Below the pieces are notes generated by a model that had not been told where the DNA came from, did not search any database, and saw only the letters and a list, made by a program, of their open reading frames with translations. A program made the position numbers and the translations under genes. 37,451 nucleotides of DNA from a virus (Duplodnaviria > Caudoviricetes). The stretch is taken from positions 1 to 37,451 of IMG/VR virus record IMGVR_UViG_3300044580_000573. The stretch is one strand, 5' to 3'. Shown in pieces: positions 16,065-26,700 of the stretch; position 1 is the first letter of the stretch, and each line of letters starts with the position of its first letter.

Positions 16065-16481
16065 TTAAAAATGTTGTGAACGTTGCGGGTTACTTCCGAA
16101 TTTGATCACATTGCCGGTTATCTCACCGGTTTCATCTTCAGCGGCGGGAAGATCCGGGGAGACATTCCCTTTCTGGACTTCCTTGAGCCAATTTACAGCC
16201 CGGTCGTAACGATCCTGCCGGACTTTAAACTCCGTCCCGGCATTACACAGGTTGATCAGGTGCCAGGCGGCAATGTCTTTCACGAAGGTTAACAGGAGTG
16301 CATTGCGGGCATCTCCCTGGGCTGAAAAGATCGTCTCTTTGTCGAATGCCCCCAGATACCCACGCGCCTCCGAAATGGCGGCGTCAATGGCGGCAGTGAT
16401 CATCGTATCATCACCGCGCGTGATCACCCCGATGTTTTCCTGGTACAGGTGCGTTCCGAGTTCTTGTTTGGTCAGGTACAT
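16065..16481 (-). CDS. Head-tail adaptor (Mu gp36/DUF1320-like)
   Basis: AI.EA.GYL..FD, KDIA.WHL, RYDRAV.WL..VQ.G..SPDLP. Confidence 0.75.
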   Translation of the reverse strand: MYLTKQELGTHLYQENIGVITRGDDTMITAAIDAAISEARGYLGAFDKETIFSAQGDARNALLLTFVKDIAAWHLINLCNAGTEFKVRQDRYDRAVNWLKEVQKGNVSPDLPAAEDETGEITGNVIKFGSNPQRSQHF

Positions 16482-16484
16482 GGC

Positions 16485-16772
16485 TTAATAATTTGCGGTT
16501 GATGAAATATTGTCCGTATCGAAAAAACAGAAGCGATCCATCGAGGTGCTGTTTACATGCCAGCCCCATTCTTTTTGATGTTTCCTGCGTTGTATATCTT
16601 CCCTGGTCATCACCTCGTAGCGGTTTTTCAAAAAGAAAACCCGGTAGCGTTTCCTGTTTTTGGGACTGTCACCTGATCCAAGGTGAAGCTTTTTTGCTTT
16701 GCGGATCGCGCGGTTCCGAAAATAAGGGCTGCCCTTAAAGCGGACATAGAGTTTTAAAAAAAGTTGTTTCAT
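16485..16772 (-). CDS. Basic hypothetical protein
   Basis: 95 aa, tightly packed in operon. Confidence 0.55.
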   Translation of the reverse strand: MKQLFLKLYVRFKGSPYFRNRAIRKAKKLHLGSGDSPKNRKRYRVFFLKNRYEVMTREDIQRRKHQKEWGWHVNSTSMDRFCFFDTDNISSTANY

Positions 16773-16773
16773 T

Positions 16774-18315
16774 TCAATATCGTTTTTTAGCGTTATATTG
16801 TCTTTGCCCGGCCTTCCAGGAGTCGGGCTGCAGGGCGATCATTTTTTGATCAATAATAAACTTTGCCCCTTCGATACAGTCCGGGCCGTCAGCCGGTGCC
16901 GACAGCTTTGGATTGACCAGCAGGAATTGCTCTTCGAGGCGCTGCATGTGGGGATTGCCTTTTTCATCCTCATTCAGGACCAGGCATCCAAGCCGGTTGA
17001 TGGGTTCCAGGTTCCCCTCGATCCGGGAGAACTTGTCCGGTTTATCGCGTTCATCCGGGATAATGCCGATCATCGTTCCTTTCTCTTTTGCGGCAGCCGC
17101 AAACAGGGGGATAAATACCTGTTGGTAAAAAGGGTCCTGCAGTTTATTGTTCTCGATGTAGTTGTAAACTTGCGTGCGGTCGGAAACATAGTCCTTCAGG
17201 TAATAATACCAGTTCACGTACTGCGCATTGGTTTCGTGATCCAGGTAACCGGTAATGACATAGTATTTACCCTCGCGGAACCCAACCAGGAAAATGGATT
17301 TATAGGAGCCTTTCCCGTTTTTGCTGTTGGATGGGGCCGGATCGCCGTAAGCGACCAGGAAACGGAATGATTTAAGCGGCGGAACCTTCCCCCAGTTTAT
17401 TTCCTTAAATACATCGCCTGACGATACCGGGTTATTAAAATATTCCTTTTGAGCAGAGGCGGTGCTGATCAGCGACAGGATCTTATCGATATCGGCCTCG
17501 CTGTTTTTTTGCGTCCAGCTCGACTTGCCGTCTTTGTCCCGGATGTTTACGATATCCACATGATCGGCTTTCGCGATGGCACGGGTAATGCAACAGTCGC
17601 GGGCAATGATGTTGCCGCAGAATATGATCCGGTAGTTGCCGCTGATGGAAATGGTCGGGATGAGTGCCTGTTCGATCCACTCCCATTTTTTATTGATGCG
17701 GTCGGGGTTACGGGTTTCTTCATCAGTATCGATATCGTCCAGCAGGATCACGTCCGGGCGGATGGCTTCGTTACGTGTTCCACGCGGAGACTGCCCGGCA
17801 CCCAGTGCCCTGAAGGATACGCCGCCCATCGTGGTAAACTCGCCGATTTCCCAGCTTCCCGGTTTTTGCTGCAGACCATAATCGTTGATGATCCGTTTGT
17901 TTGATTCCAGGTTAAGCATGTAAGGCATCAGCAACCGTTCAGCATTGTCGCTCGAATTGGAGATCAACAGGATGTTTTTTACCTCCCCGGTTAATGACAG
18001 GAACATGACCTCCATCATCGTACGGGTTGACTTGGCCAGTTCCCGGCTCCATGCCCTTACCTCATACCATCGTTTGTTTGCCAGGATGCGCCTGGTTGCC
18101 TTTTTATGGAACGGGGCCGGTTCACTTTTGTAGTAATTCGGGAAATAATAGGCAAACCACTCCTCCGGGTTCGCTTCCAGGCGGGCAATCCGTTTTAACT
18201 GGTCGGCGTGGCTCTCGGTATCATCCACGATGGTAGACTCAATCAGTCCTTTGCGGAAGCTTTCCCAGTCACTGAGCGCAAAACGCTCGTCTGGTTTCAG
18301 TCGTTTGCTGGTCAT
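16774..18315 (-). CDS. Terminase large subunit
   Basis: WSRELAKST Walker A variant, RG...RPD.ILLDDID, YGDPA and DGPD nuclease motifs. Confidence 0.85.
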   Translation of the reverse strand: MTSKRLKPDERFALSDWESFRKGLIESTIVDDTESHADQLKRIARLEANPEEWFAYYFPNYYKSEPAPFHKKATRRILANKRWYEVRAWSRELAKSTRTMMEVMFLSLTGEVKNILLISNSSDNAERLLMPYMLNLESNKRIINDYGLQQKPGSWEIGEFTTMGGVSFRALGAGQSPRGTRNEAIRPDVILLDDIDTDEETRNPDRINKKWEWIEQALIPTISISGNYRIIFCGNIIARDCCITRAIAKADHVDIVNIRDKDGKSSWTQKNSEADIDKILSLISTASAQKEYFNNPVSSGDVFKEINWGKVPPLKSFRFLVAYGDPAPSNSKNGKGSYKSIFLVGFREGKYYVITGYLDHETNAQYVNWYYYLKDYVSDRTQVYNYIENNKLQDPFYQQVFIPLFAAAAKEKGTMIGIIPDERDKPDKFSRIEGNLEPINRLGCLVLNEDEKGNPHMQRLEEQFLLVNPKLSAPADGPDCIEGAKFIIDQKMIALQPDSWKAGQRQYNAKKRY

Positions 18316-18764
18316 CACCGCAGGTTGTCTTTAATAAATGAGTCAAACAAAGGGGTTAATTCCTGCGCCTTTTTCAGGTCAAACGTGCGTATCCAGGTGA
18401 GGAACTTTTTTGCAACTGAAATGATGTCGCTTACACCGACGTCACTTTCCATTTTGCCGATCGCATTGGCCAGTTTTGAAATGGCATCGGCCTCGGCTGG
18501 TGTAGCATACTTCTGTCCGTCCCGCCCGGCAATCTCATTATTAATTGCAGCGAGTTGCCGGTACAGGGATTTCAACTGCTCATCCTTGGTGATTGTGACA
18601 GATACCTTCAGGCTGTCCCAGTTGTCGGCTTTTGCCCATTTGCTGACAGTTACCTCCGAAACGCCAACGCGCTCGGCTATTTCTTTCTGCGTAACGGCTT
18701 CATGCAGGAAAAGCATTTTAGCCAGTTCCCGTTTTTGGTTTGCTTCTTTTTTTGTCATTGCCAT
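18315..18764 (-). CDS. Terminase small subunit-like HTH protein
   Basis: TQKEIAERVGVSEVTVSKW...NW; directly upstream of large subunit. Confidence 0.75.
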   Translation of the reverse strand: MAMTKKEANQKRELAKMLFLHEAVTQKEIAERVGVSEVTVSKWAKADNWDSLKVSVTITKDEQLKSLYRQLAAINNEIAGRDGQKYATPAEADAISKLANAIGKMESDVGVSDIISVAKKFLTWIRTFDLKKAQELTPLFDSFIKDNLR

Positions 18765-18825
18765 ATCCCGGGTTTTTCCGGGAAAAATATGGTTCTGGCT
18801 AAAGGAGTCCTAAAAAAGTTCTCAA

Positions 18826-18855
18826 ATTGATAACATTTATTATCATATTGATAAC
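18826..18855. promoter_or_regulatory. Operator-like array in the divergent late control region
   Basis: ATTGATAAC at 18826 and 18847 (21-bp period) with inverted TTATCA at 18840-45. Confidence 0.5.
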
Positions 18856-18924
18856 TTTTCTTGTTTTGGGAAAATCTTCAATTCAAATTTGTTCCGACTT
18901 GAATTTTGAACCAAAAGTTTGCCA

Positions 18925-19923
18925 ATGCCAAAGCCTTTCATACTTCACGATGAGACTGTCAACACAAGAGGTTTCCGTATGTTGACATCGGGTGCCAACC
19001 TGGAAGAGTTTAAACGCAATCCCGTGATGCTCTTTGTCCATAATGATTTTTCCCGTCCGATTGGGCGATGGGAGAATATAAGGATAGAGGGAACGCAGAT
19101 CCTTGCAGATCCTGTTTTTGATCTGGAAGATAAGAGGGAAAACGGCGGGGCAGAAATAGCTTCCCAGGTTGAACGTGATTTCATCAGGATGGCATCGATT
19201 GGAGCATGGCCGCCGGAAGAGGTTTCTGACGATCCTGCCTTAAAGTTACCGGGGCAAAATCTTCCAACTGTCACCAAATGGACCGTCCGGGAAGCTTCGA
19301 TCGTTACGATCGGGTCCAATCATAATGCCCTGGTATTCTATGACCGGCAAACCGGCAAGCAGATCGACCTGAACGATCCTTCCGCGATCATCAAACTCAT
19401 GGACACTGTAAAAATTGATAATCCTAAAACTAAAAACATGGATGAGTTAAACCAGATCCTTAATCTGGCGGACACGGCTACACCTGCCGAACGGGCCGCC
19501 GCGGTGCGGGCGATTATCAGCGATCGCGACCGCCTGAAAACAGATAATGCGACTTTAACCGGTCGCATCGATGAGCTGAACAAGTCCGCAAAGGACCGCC
19601 TGAAAGCCGAAGCCGTTATCCTGATCGATGCGGCTGTGAAAGAAGGCCGGATCGACGCCAAAGGAAAAGATCATTTCATCAAGCTGTTTGATGATGATTT
19701 TGACAATGCCAAAGCTGTTCTGGACTCGATCCCCGTGCGCAGGTCTGTAACTGCACAGATCAGGCAGGGGAATGAACAGGATACCGTAGAACTGGCCGAC
19801 TTACAAAAGCAAAGCTGGGACGAACTGGACAAAGCCGGGAAACTGGTCCTTTTAAAGGATAAGTATCCGGACATCTACGATCAGAAGTTTGAGGCCCGCT
19901 TTGGCTGCAAACCCAGGAAGTAA
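18925..19923 (+). CDS. Prohead protease/scaffold protein
   Basis: NPVMLF.H...PIGRW, MASIG, EASIV.IGSN.NAL; helical C-terminal scaffold. Confidence 0.85.
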   Translation: MPKPFILHDETVNTRGFRMLTSGANLEEFKRNPVMLFVHNDFSRPIGRWENIRIEGTQILADPVFDLEDKRENGGAEIASQVERDFIRMASIGAWPPEEVSDDPALKLPGQNLPTVTKWTVREASIVTIGSNHNALVFYDRQTGKQIDLNDPSAIIKLMDTVKIDNPKTKNMDELNQILNLADTATPAERAAAVRAIISDRDRLKTDNATLTGRIDELNKSAKDRLKAEAVILIDAAVKEGRIDAKGKDHFIKLFDDDFDNAKAVLDSIPVRRSVTAQIRQGNEQDTVELADLQKQSWDELDKAGKLVLLKDKYPDIYDQKFEARFGCKPRK

Positions 19924-19943
19924 AACCTATAAAACAGAATACG

Positions 19944-21002
19944 ATGAAACAAAAAGGATTTTTGGCGGTAATTACCGCGTTACTTTTTAACCTGGTCGTT
20001 GGCATTACCATTGCCGCGGCATCAGGCATTAGTCCCTTCCTGATTGTTGGCGGGGGAATTGCTGCATCCGGGCTGACGAAAGCCGGGGGATTAAGGATGG
20101 CTGTTCAGAAAGAAATCTGGATGAATAGCATAGTCGAGGGTTTGTTTGCCGATAACTCTTTTCTGAGTAAAGCATTCAACGCCGATGAGTTTGTCAACAA
20201 CGGGAAAACAGTGCACATCCCCAATGCTGGTGCTGCTTCCGGTGTGGTTAAAAACAGGAACCAGTTCCCGGCTGAGGTAACCGCCCGCGAGGATATTGAT
20301 CTGACTTTTAACCTGGATGAATTCACCACCAATCCGATTAAGATTCCGCATGCCGACACTGTAGAGCTGAGTTACAATAAACGAGAATCGGTTTTAAAAC
20401 AGGATAAGGCCAAGCTGATCGAGGAAGTAAGCAACGACTTTATTTACAAATGGTCGCCTGCCGCCGCTTATGTGATCCGTACTACCGGAGCGGCCGTTGT
20501 GGCGCATCTTGATGCAGCAACAGGGAACCGGAAGGCATTTACCAAGGCAGATGTAAAAGCAGCTATGGTGAAGTTTAACAAACAGGACATTCCGCAGGAA
20601 GGACGTTATATGCTGATCGATGCCGATATGCAGAGCCAACTATTGGACAGCATGACCGATAAGGATGCCGAAGCTTTCTATAAACATGCAGACCTGGCAA
20701 AAGGTGTTGTCGGGCAATTATACACATTTAACATCATGATGCGGAGTAAAGCAGGCCGGTACACCGCTGCCCTGGCTCCCAAGCTTTGGAGTGTAGCCGG
20801 AGCCGCCACTGACCACGCCGCAGCTCTTGCCTGGCATGAAAACAGTGTTTGCCGCGCACTTGGCGAAACCGTCATGTTTGATGACGAAAGCAACCCGCTG
20901 TACTACGCTGATATTTATTCCTTCCTGGTTCGTGCCGGAGGACGCCCGATGCGCAACGGCGTGGAAGGTCTGCTCGCCATTGTCCAGGACGCTGCCGCGT
21001 AA
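19944..21002 (+). CDS. Major capsid protein with hydrophobic N-terminal leader
   Basis: Follows protease; KEIW...I.E.L, GKTVHIP.AG, ELSYNKRES pattern. Confidence 0.75.
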   Translation: MKQKGFLAVITALLFNLVVGITIAAASGISPFLIVGGGIAASGLTKAGGLRMAVQKEIWMNSIVEGLFADNSFLSKAFNADEFVNNGKTVHIPNAGAASGVVKNRNQFPAEVTAREDIDLTFNLDEFTTNPIKIPHADTVELSYNKRESVLKQDKAKLIEEVSNDFIYKWSPAAAYVIRTTGAAVVAHLDAATGNRKAFTKADVKAAMVKFNKQDIPQEGRYMLIDADMQSQLLDSMTDKDAEAFYKHADLAKGVVGQLYTFNIMMRSKAGRYTAALAPKLWSVAGAATDHAAALAWHENSVCRALGETVMFDDESNPLYYADIYSFLVRAGGRPMRNGVEGLLAIVQDAAA

Positions 21003-21019
21003 CCAAAATATAAACGACC

Positions 21020-21541
21020 ATGACCCTGCTACCATATATCGACTTGATTCCTGAGAACCGTATTGCTTTTGAAGATAAGGTCAAGGAAATAGCGCACCGC
21101 TTAAGGATTAACCCGGCATGGCTCATGGTCGTTTTCTATATCGAAACGGCAGCTTCCAAATACGGTCGTATCGATCATCGGGTCACAAATCCACTCGGAG
21201 CGGTCGGACTAATCCAGTTTATGCCGTCAACGATCCGGAGCCTGGGCACAACGGCAATGGCTCTTAAACTGATGAGCAACGTCCAGCAGCTTGATTATGT
21301 ATTCAGGTACCTGTCTCCATACGCCGGTAAAATGAACAGCCTGACCGATACCTACCTGGCTGTTTTCTTCCCGAAAGCGATCGGCAAACCGGACAGCTGG
21401 GTATTACAGGCGGTTGGATTGACCGCTTCGTCGGTCGCATGCTGGAATCCGCTTTATGACCTGAATAAGGATAAGCAGCTAACGGTTGGAGAGATCAGGG
21501 CTAAATTGAAAACCTTTATTCCTGCAGGTTATGTCTTATAG
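21020..21541 (+). CDS. Endolysin, lysozyme-like/lytic transglycosylase fold
   Basis: WLM.V..IET (putative catalytic Glu), GAVGLIQFMP, QQLDYV..Y. Confidence 0.8.
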   Translation: MTLLPYIDLIPENRIAFEDKVKEIAHRLRINPAWLMVVFYIETAASKYGRIDHRVTNPLGAVGLIQFMPSTIRSLGTTAMALKLMSNVQQLDYVFRYLSPYAGKMNSLTDTYLAVFFPKAIGKPDSWVLQAVGLTASSVACWNPLYDLNKDKQLTVGEIRAKLKTFIPAGYVL

Positions 21542-21935
21542 TACGTTTGAAATAATCAGCCAGATCATTGTACTTCTTTCTGGGGGTGCATTAGGAGGCG
21601 GAGCAATTACCTTTTTTACCATGCGTGCACAGCGGAAAAAAGCCAACGCGGAGGCCCAGACAGCAGAGGCGTCTGCCGATTCTGCCGAACTTGACAATGT
21701 CGAAAAAGCAATTAAGATCTGGCGTGAGATGGCCGAAACCCTGAAAACAGAACTCCAGGAATCACGCGATAAGTACGCGGATGTAACCAAACAGGTACAG
21801 GATCTGAAACGGACGGTTGATAAACTGAATATGACCAATACCAAGATCCTGAAGCTTCTTGAAAAGATCTCGCCTGACAATATCGAGGAACCGGTCGAGC
21901 AAATCAAAAAGGAGATCCACAATGCGCGTGCGTAA
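21531..21935 (+). CDS. Holin-like protein (N-terminal TM + coiled coil)
   Basis: One Gly-rich TM, long coiled coil; in lysis cassette. Confidence 0.5.
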   Translation: MSYSTFEIISQIIVLLSGGALGGGAITFFTMRAQRKKANAEAQTAEASADSAELDNVEKAIKIWREMAETLKTELQESRDKYADVTKQVQDLKRTVDKLNMTNTKILKLLEKISPDNIEEPVEQIKKEIHNARA

Positions 21936-22410
21936 CCTGGTCATATTACTTTTCCTGTTGTTTTCCTGCAAGGCAAAACAGGAGCTGGTGCAATCCGAAA
22001 AGGTTGACAGTGTCCGGATAACAGAGCATTACGTCGAACAGGTTGTTCATGTTCCCGGCGATTCGGTTAAGGCCAGCTTCCCGCTGATCGTTGAGAACAA
22101 CCGCCCGGTTCCAGCGTCTGTAAAGGTAAAAGGAGATCGATCTTCCCTTAAAATTCAGGTTACCGAACAGGGAAATATTGAGGCTTCCGCTATCTGCGAC
22201 GAGTACGAGGCAAAGGTACAGGTTCTTGAACGGACCGTTGAACGCTATGAAAAGGAAGCGGCTGTATACAGGGAAAAGGAAACAACTTTTCAAAAAACCA
22301 TCCGCGACCTGCATGCTGCGCTGAAGTACGGTACGATTATCATTGTAGTGATCGTTGCCCTGAAATATGCTAAACCGGTTTGGACATTTATTAAAACAAT
22401 ACTGAAATGA
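21922..22410 (+). CDS. Lipoprotein with C-terminal TM, unimolecular-spanin-like
   Basis: MRVRNLVILLFLLFSC lipobox; C-terminal TIIIVVIVAL; ATG 21922. Confidence 0.6.
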   Translation: MRVRNLVILLFLLFSCKAKQELVQSEKVDSVRITEHYVEQVVHVPGDSVKASFPLIVENNRPVPASVKVKGDRSSLKIQVTEQGNIEASAICDEYEAKVQVLERTVERYEKEAAVYREKETTFQKTIRDLHAALKYGTIIIVVIVALKYAKPVWTFIKTILK

Positions 22411-22580
22411 AAACACTGATCGTCCTGGTTGTCGTGTATGTTCTCTATGTTATCGTAAAGGACAAAGTGATCACAATCAACCTTACGCTCTTAAAGGCCA
22501 GGTATGCAAAGATCAAAAAGGCTGTAACCTCTCTGGCTGTAAAAATTAAATCACTGATTCTGAAACTTAAAAAACACTGA
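22407..22580 (+). CDS. 57-aa cationic membrane peptide (not in ORF track)
   Basis: MKTLIVLVVVYVLYVIVKDKVITINLTLLKARYAKIKKAVTSLAVKIKSLILKLKKH; ATGA overlap, fills gap exactly. Confidence 0.65.
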   Translation: MKTLIVLVVVYVLYVIVKDKVITINLTLLKARYAKIKKAVTSLAVKIKSLILKLKKH

Positions 22581-22581
22581 T

Positions 22582-23085
22582 ATGACTGCAACGTATGGCT
22601 TTGGATGCAAAGCAATCCGCGCAGGTGCCATTGGCGCCAACGGAACAATGGGGGCTGCCCTGACTGCTGTCGGTAAGGTATATAAAGATACCGTCAGCCT
22701 GGTCGGTGAAGATGCTACCCTGGCAAAACATTATGCCGAAAACGGCGGCAAGTTCCCGTTTTTGGTGGTGGTGACCGAAGGGGGCCTGCCCTTAAAATTT
22801 ACCCTGGTTGATATTTCGTCTGCCAACCTACAAAAGTGGTTAGGCGGAACCGTCAATGTGGAGGCATGGTCAATGTCGAATGATTCTTTCTCCCAGGAAC
22901 TTTCCGTTGAGATGGATTCTCTTAACGGTTCCACCTTCCAGTTTGCCAGGATGCTCCTTTATGGGAAGATCTCCTGGAATGCAAACCGCACGGAGATCTA
23001 CAAGATTGAAGTAACCGGCGAGGTGATGGAACCGGAAGATGCTGCAACGCCTCCTGTGAAACGGATCACAACGCCTGCCGCATAG
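22582..23085 (+). CDS. Major tail tube protein
   Basis: 167 aa, beta-rich, upstream of chaperone and tape measure. Confidence 0.6.
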   Translation: MTATYGFGCKAIRAGAIGANGTMGAALTAVGKVYKDTVSLVGEDATLAKHYAENGGKFPFLVVVTEGGLPLKFTLVDISSANLQKWLGGTVNVEAWSMSNDSFSQELSVEMDSLNGSTFQFARMLLYGKISWNANRTEIYKIEVTGEVMEPEDAATPPVKRITTPAA

Positions 23086-23086
23086 T

Positions 23087-23545
23087 ATGCAGGAAGTAGA
23101 AATTAAAACGGTAGATACCATTTTAGACCAAGGGGTACGGGTGCCAATCCCCACCCCTTTTTTTCTAAAATGGTTCGGGCTGCGAAAGGTGAATATGATT
23201 GTCCGGCGCCCGGTGATCGGGAACATGCTCCGGATCTCGAAGATGTATATCAAAATGAACATCGATGAGAAGCAGGAAACCGACTGGCGCAAATGGATCG
23301 AGGTATTTACCCGCACCGTCAAACCTACGTCCCGGATCGTGGCGATCGGCATGCTCCGGGGGTGGCTGTCCGGGTGGTTGCTGTGCCGTCCGCTGGCCTG
23401 GTGGATTCGCTGGCACATGGATACAAAACAAATGGCTGAACTGGCCGCACTGCTGGTGAGCCTGTCAGGCATACAGGATTTTATGACTACTATCACATTT
23501 CTTCGGGGAATGAAGATAACAGCCCCGGCGAATGTGAGCCAATAG
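23087..23545 (+). CDS. Tail assembly chaperone (G-like)
   Basis: Position between tube and tape measure; overlapped by a -1 frame ORF. Confidence 0.6.
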   Translation: MQEVEIKTVDTILDQGVRVPIPTPFFLKWFGLRKVNMIVRRPVIGNMLRISKMYIKMNIDEKQETDWRKWIEVFTRTVKPTSRIVAIGMLRGWLSGWLLCRPLAWWIRWHMDTKQMAELAALLVSLSGIQDFMTTITFLRGMKITAPANVSQ

Positions 23546-23784
23546 AAGACGAGGGAGTTAAAGGGTACGTTGAAGGCCTACATAGCCCGTTCGGTCAATT
23601 ATATCAACTGGTCAGCCAGACACACTGGCCGCTACAAAAAATACTCTGGAAGGTCAACTTTCCAACGCTCATGCTGATGTCAGCCGATGCGCCCAGATAT
23701 GTGACAGGCGAAAAGGTGCAGCATATACAGATTGAGAGTGAAGATGAATTATTTGGACTGCTTGATAAAAAATACAACAAATGA
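23440..23784 (+). CDS. Frameshift-dependent tail chaperone extension (GT-like), open frame lacking an early start
   Basis: Frame open 23440-23784 encodes GLHSPFGQLYQ..W..VNFPTLMLMSADAPRY; stop overlaps tape measure ATG; first ATG only at 23671. Confidence 0.55.
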   Translation, partial: TGRTAGEPVRHTGFYDYYHISSGNEDNSPGECEPIEDEGVKGYVEGLHSPFGQLYQLVSQTHWPLQKILWKVNFPTLMLMSADAPRYVTGEKVQHIQIESEDELFGLLDKKYNK

Positions 23785-26700
23785 GGGAACCCGTCGATAT
23801 AACATTTGTTTTGCGTGGGGACATTGAAAAGGAAATTGAAAAAGTCAAGCTGACCGTTCAAAAAATGGGAACGGAAGGCACCGTCAGTTACAGGAACCTG
23901 CTTAATGCAAGTAACGAGGCTTTCAACGCACTAAGTAAGGATGCCCAGTCACAGGCTATTGCGTTGCAAAAAGTCATCACCCAGATCCGGTTGAATGAGG
24001 AGGCACAGGCTTCACTTAAGAAGAAATATGAGGACGGAGAGATCAGCGCCTCCAAGTTTGCCGAATCATCTGCCCGCCTTTCAGTACAGCAGGCCGAACT
24101 GAAAGCCACAGCCTCAGGGTTGTCTGTTCAGCTACAGCGGGAAATTCAGATCAGCAAAGAGGTTGAAGGAAGCTATAATCAAAAGATCATTCGGTTAAAA
24201 CAGCTAAAAGAAACCTATGCCCAGTTGAGCGAGGAAGAGCGAAATAATGCTGACATCGGCGGCAAAATGATTGAATCTATCCGACAACTGGATGGAGAAA
24301 CAAAAAAATTTGAGGAATCGCTGAAGGCTGTTGAAAAAACAATTCAAGCCGAGGCCACATCGATAGATGGGATGCAGGAAAAGCTTTCCAAATTGCAAAA
24401 ACAATATAATGCCTTATCTGAGGAGCAAAGGAACAATAAAAGCGCTGGAGGCGCTCTGTCGGAACAAATAAAAACATTGACAGCCGATATCGATAAGGCT
24501 AAAGTAAAGCATAAGGAACATGCCGATGTGATCAAGGTAAGTTCGACATCAATCGATGGTATGCGCTCCAGATTGTCTGATTTGGAAAAACAATATAACG
24601 CGTTATCCAAAGCGGATCGTAGTTCGGAGATTGGTAAATCACTTTCCAATCAGATGCGGGTTCTGTCTCATGATATTGATACTGCAGAAAACGCCAATCG
24701 GTCATTTATCGAGCAGCTTAAAGCCGCGCCCAGAACGATTGGTTCAACTGTTTCCGGGATCGAAGCTATGACCAAAGCAGCCCTGCGTTTTATAGCTACC
24801 CCACTGGGGGCGATTATCGCTGCTATTGTTGTTGCAATAAAAGCACTGACTACATGGTTTCGACGGACAGAAGAGGGTGAAATGTCGCTCGCTAAGATAT
24901 CGGCTTATTTTGGCCAGGTTTTGAATAGCCTTTTAAATGTCGTTTCAAAAGTTGGGGAATGGCTGTATAAAGCGTTTACCAAGCCCAAAGATGCACTTAA
25001 TGATTTAGTCGAATTTCTTAAAGGTCAATTTGTCAACAGACTCAATGCATTTAGTAAATGGGGTCAGGGATTCATGAAATTGTTTTCTAAGGATACTTTC
25101 ATGGAAGGTATGACAGATATGGCTGATGCTACATTTCAATTGTTTTCCGGAATAGACAGTCCTCTTAATAAACTTAAACAGACTGTCGATGAAATAAATA
25201 AAAAATCAGATCGTCAGGCACAGATCGCCACTGAACTCAAAAAGATCGAACGGGAAAGGGCTGATCTGTCCGTCCAGGTTGCAAGCGCTGAATCAAAAAT
25301 CGCCGACTTACGGGCAAAAGCAAAAAATAACCAGAAAGACGAACAAGAACGGCTAAAGGCTATTAAGGAAGCCCAGAAATTAATTGATGATTCTGCCTCC
25401 AAAGAAATAGGGATGCAAAAGCGGGTTCTTGAACTCACAAAGGAATCACTTCTCCTGAAGTATGGCGTAACTGATGTTAACCAACTAAATACCGAATCAT
25501 ACAAAACAATCCGGGACCTTGAAAAGGATATTGCCAACAGGGAAACAGCCAGGTTAAATAAGCAGCGAGAACTCCTTGACCAGCAAAATGCCATTAATAA
25601 CGCCATTAAAAACGAAAAGACCGGACAGGAGTTATTGGAAGAAGAGTTAAAGAAAAAGAAAGAAGCTTATGAGCTGTATTATCGTTACATTACTGCCACC
25701 AGTAAGGCTACGGCTCAAAGCATGTTTTCCGACCTTGTTAAAGAGGGAAACAGTTACCTGGAATACATTAACGGGAAGATCACCGAACTACAAAATAAAC
25801 CAAACCGAACCCAGCAGGAAAACATCCAGCTGACGGTGTACACCTCCGAGAAACAAGAGTTAACGGGCTCCGGCAGCAATGTCGATATCCTGAAGCGGGA
25901 AATCGATGAAAAGAAACGGCTGTACAATGAAGATATTATCGCCTTCCGTAACTACCTGCGTGAAAAGAAAAAGGTCCTTTCCGAAGATATGAGCGAGGAA
26001 GGGTATAAACAAAAGGTTATTGTTGAAGTAGAACTACAAACTACTGATGAAAGTTACAAAAATAAGATTGATGACCTTCTGAAACGTTACGGCAGCTATA
26101 CCACACAGATGGTTAGCCTGACAAAGGACTATCAAAAAAACAAAGCCGTACTCGAGGAGCAGGGCACACAGGAGGCCAAAGCGGCAATCGACAACCTGAC
26201 CGCCGAATACAATAACGCTGTTCTGCAACTTAAAAACGGCAGCGACAGCTTTCTGAAAGCCATTTTTGGAGATATCGACCGTCTTGGTTACCAGGCTTTA
26301 CAAAATCTGAAAAACCAGGCTAAAGACGCAATCGATTCGGCCAAGGAAACCACCCAGGGCGGACAGACTTTTATGATCGTCAACATAGAGGAGATCAATA
26401 AACAGGGGCAGGTCGTTAAGAAACAAGTAAAGCTGACGGTTGAAGAGTTTGCCCGCCTTAAAAAGCAATATAATGAGCTGTATGATCTGACAGAGGATAA
26501 GAATCCGTTTCAGGCTGTTTCGGACAGTTTTAACGGCGTATTAGAGGCATTGAAATCGGGCGACAAGGAGAAGATGTCAACTGCAATAGAAGCCTTTAAC
26601 ACTTCGATGACCAAAAGCATCAATACGGTACAGTCGTGGGGCGACAGCCTAGGCCAGATCTTCGGGAGTGATGTTTCCGATGCAGTCAACTTTCTAACTG

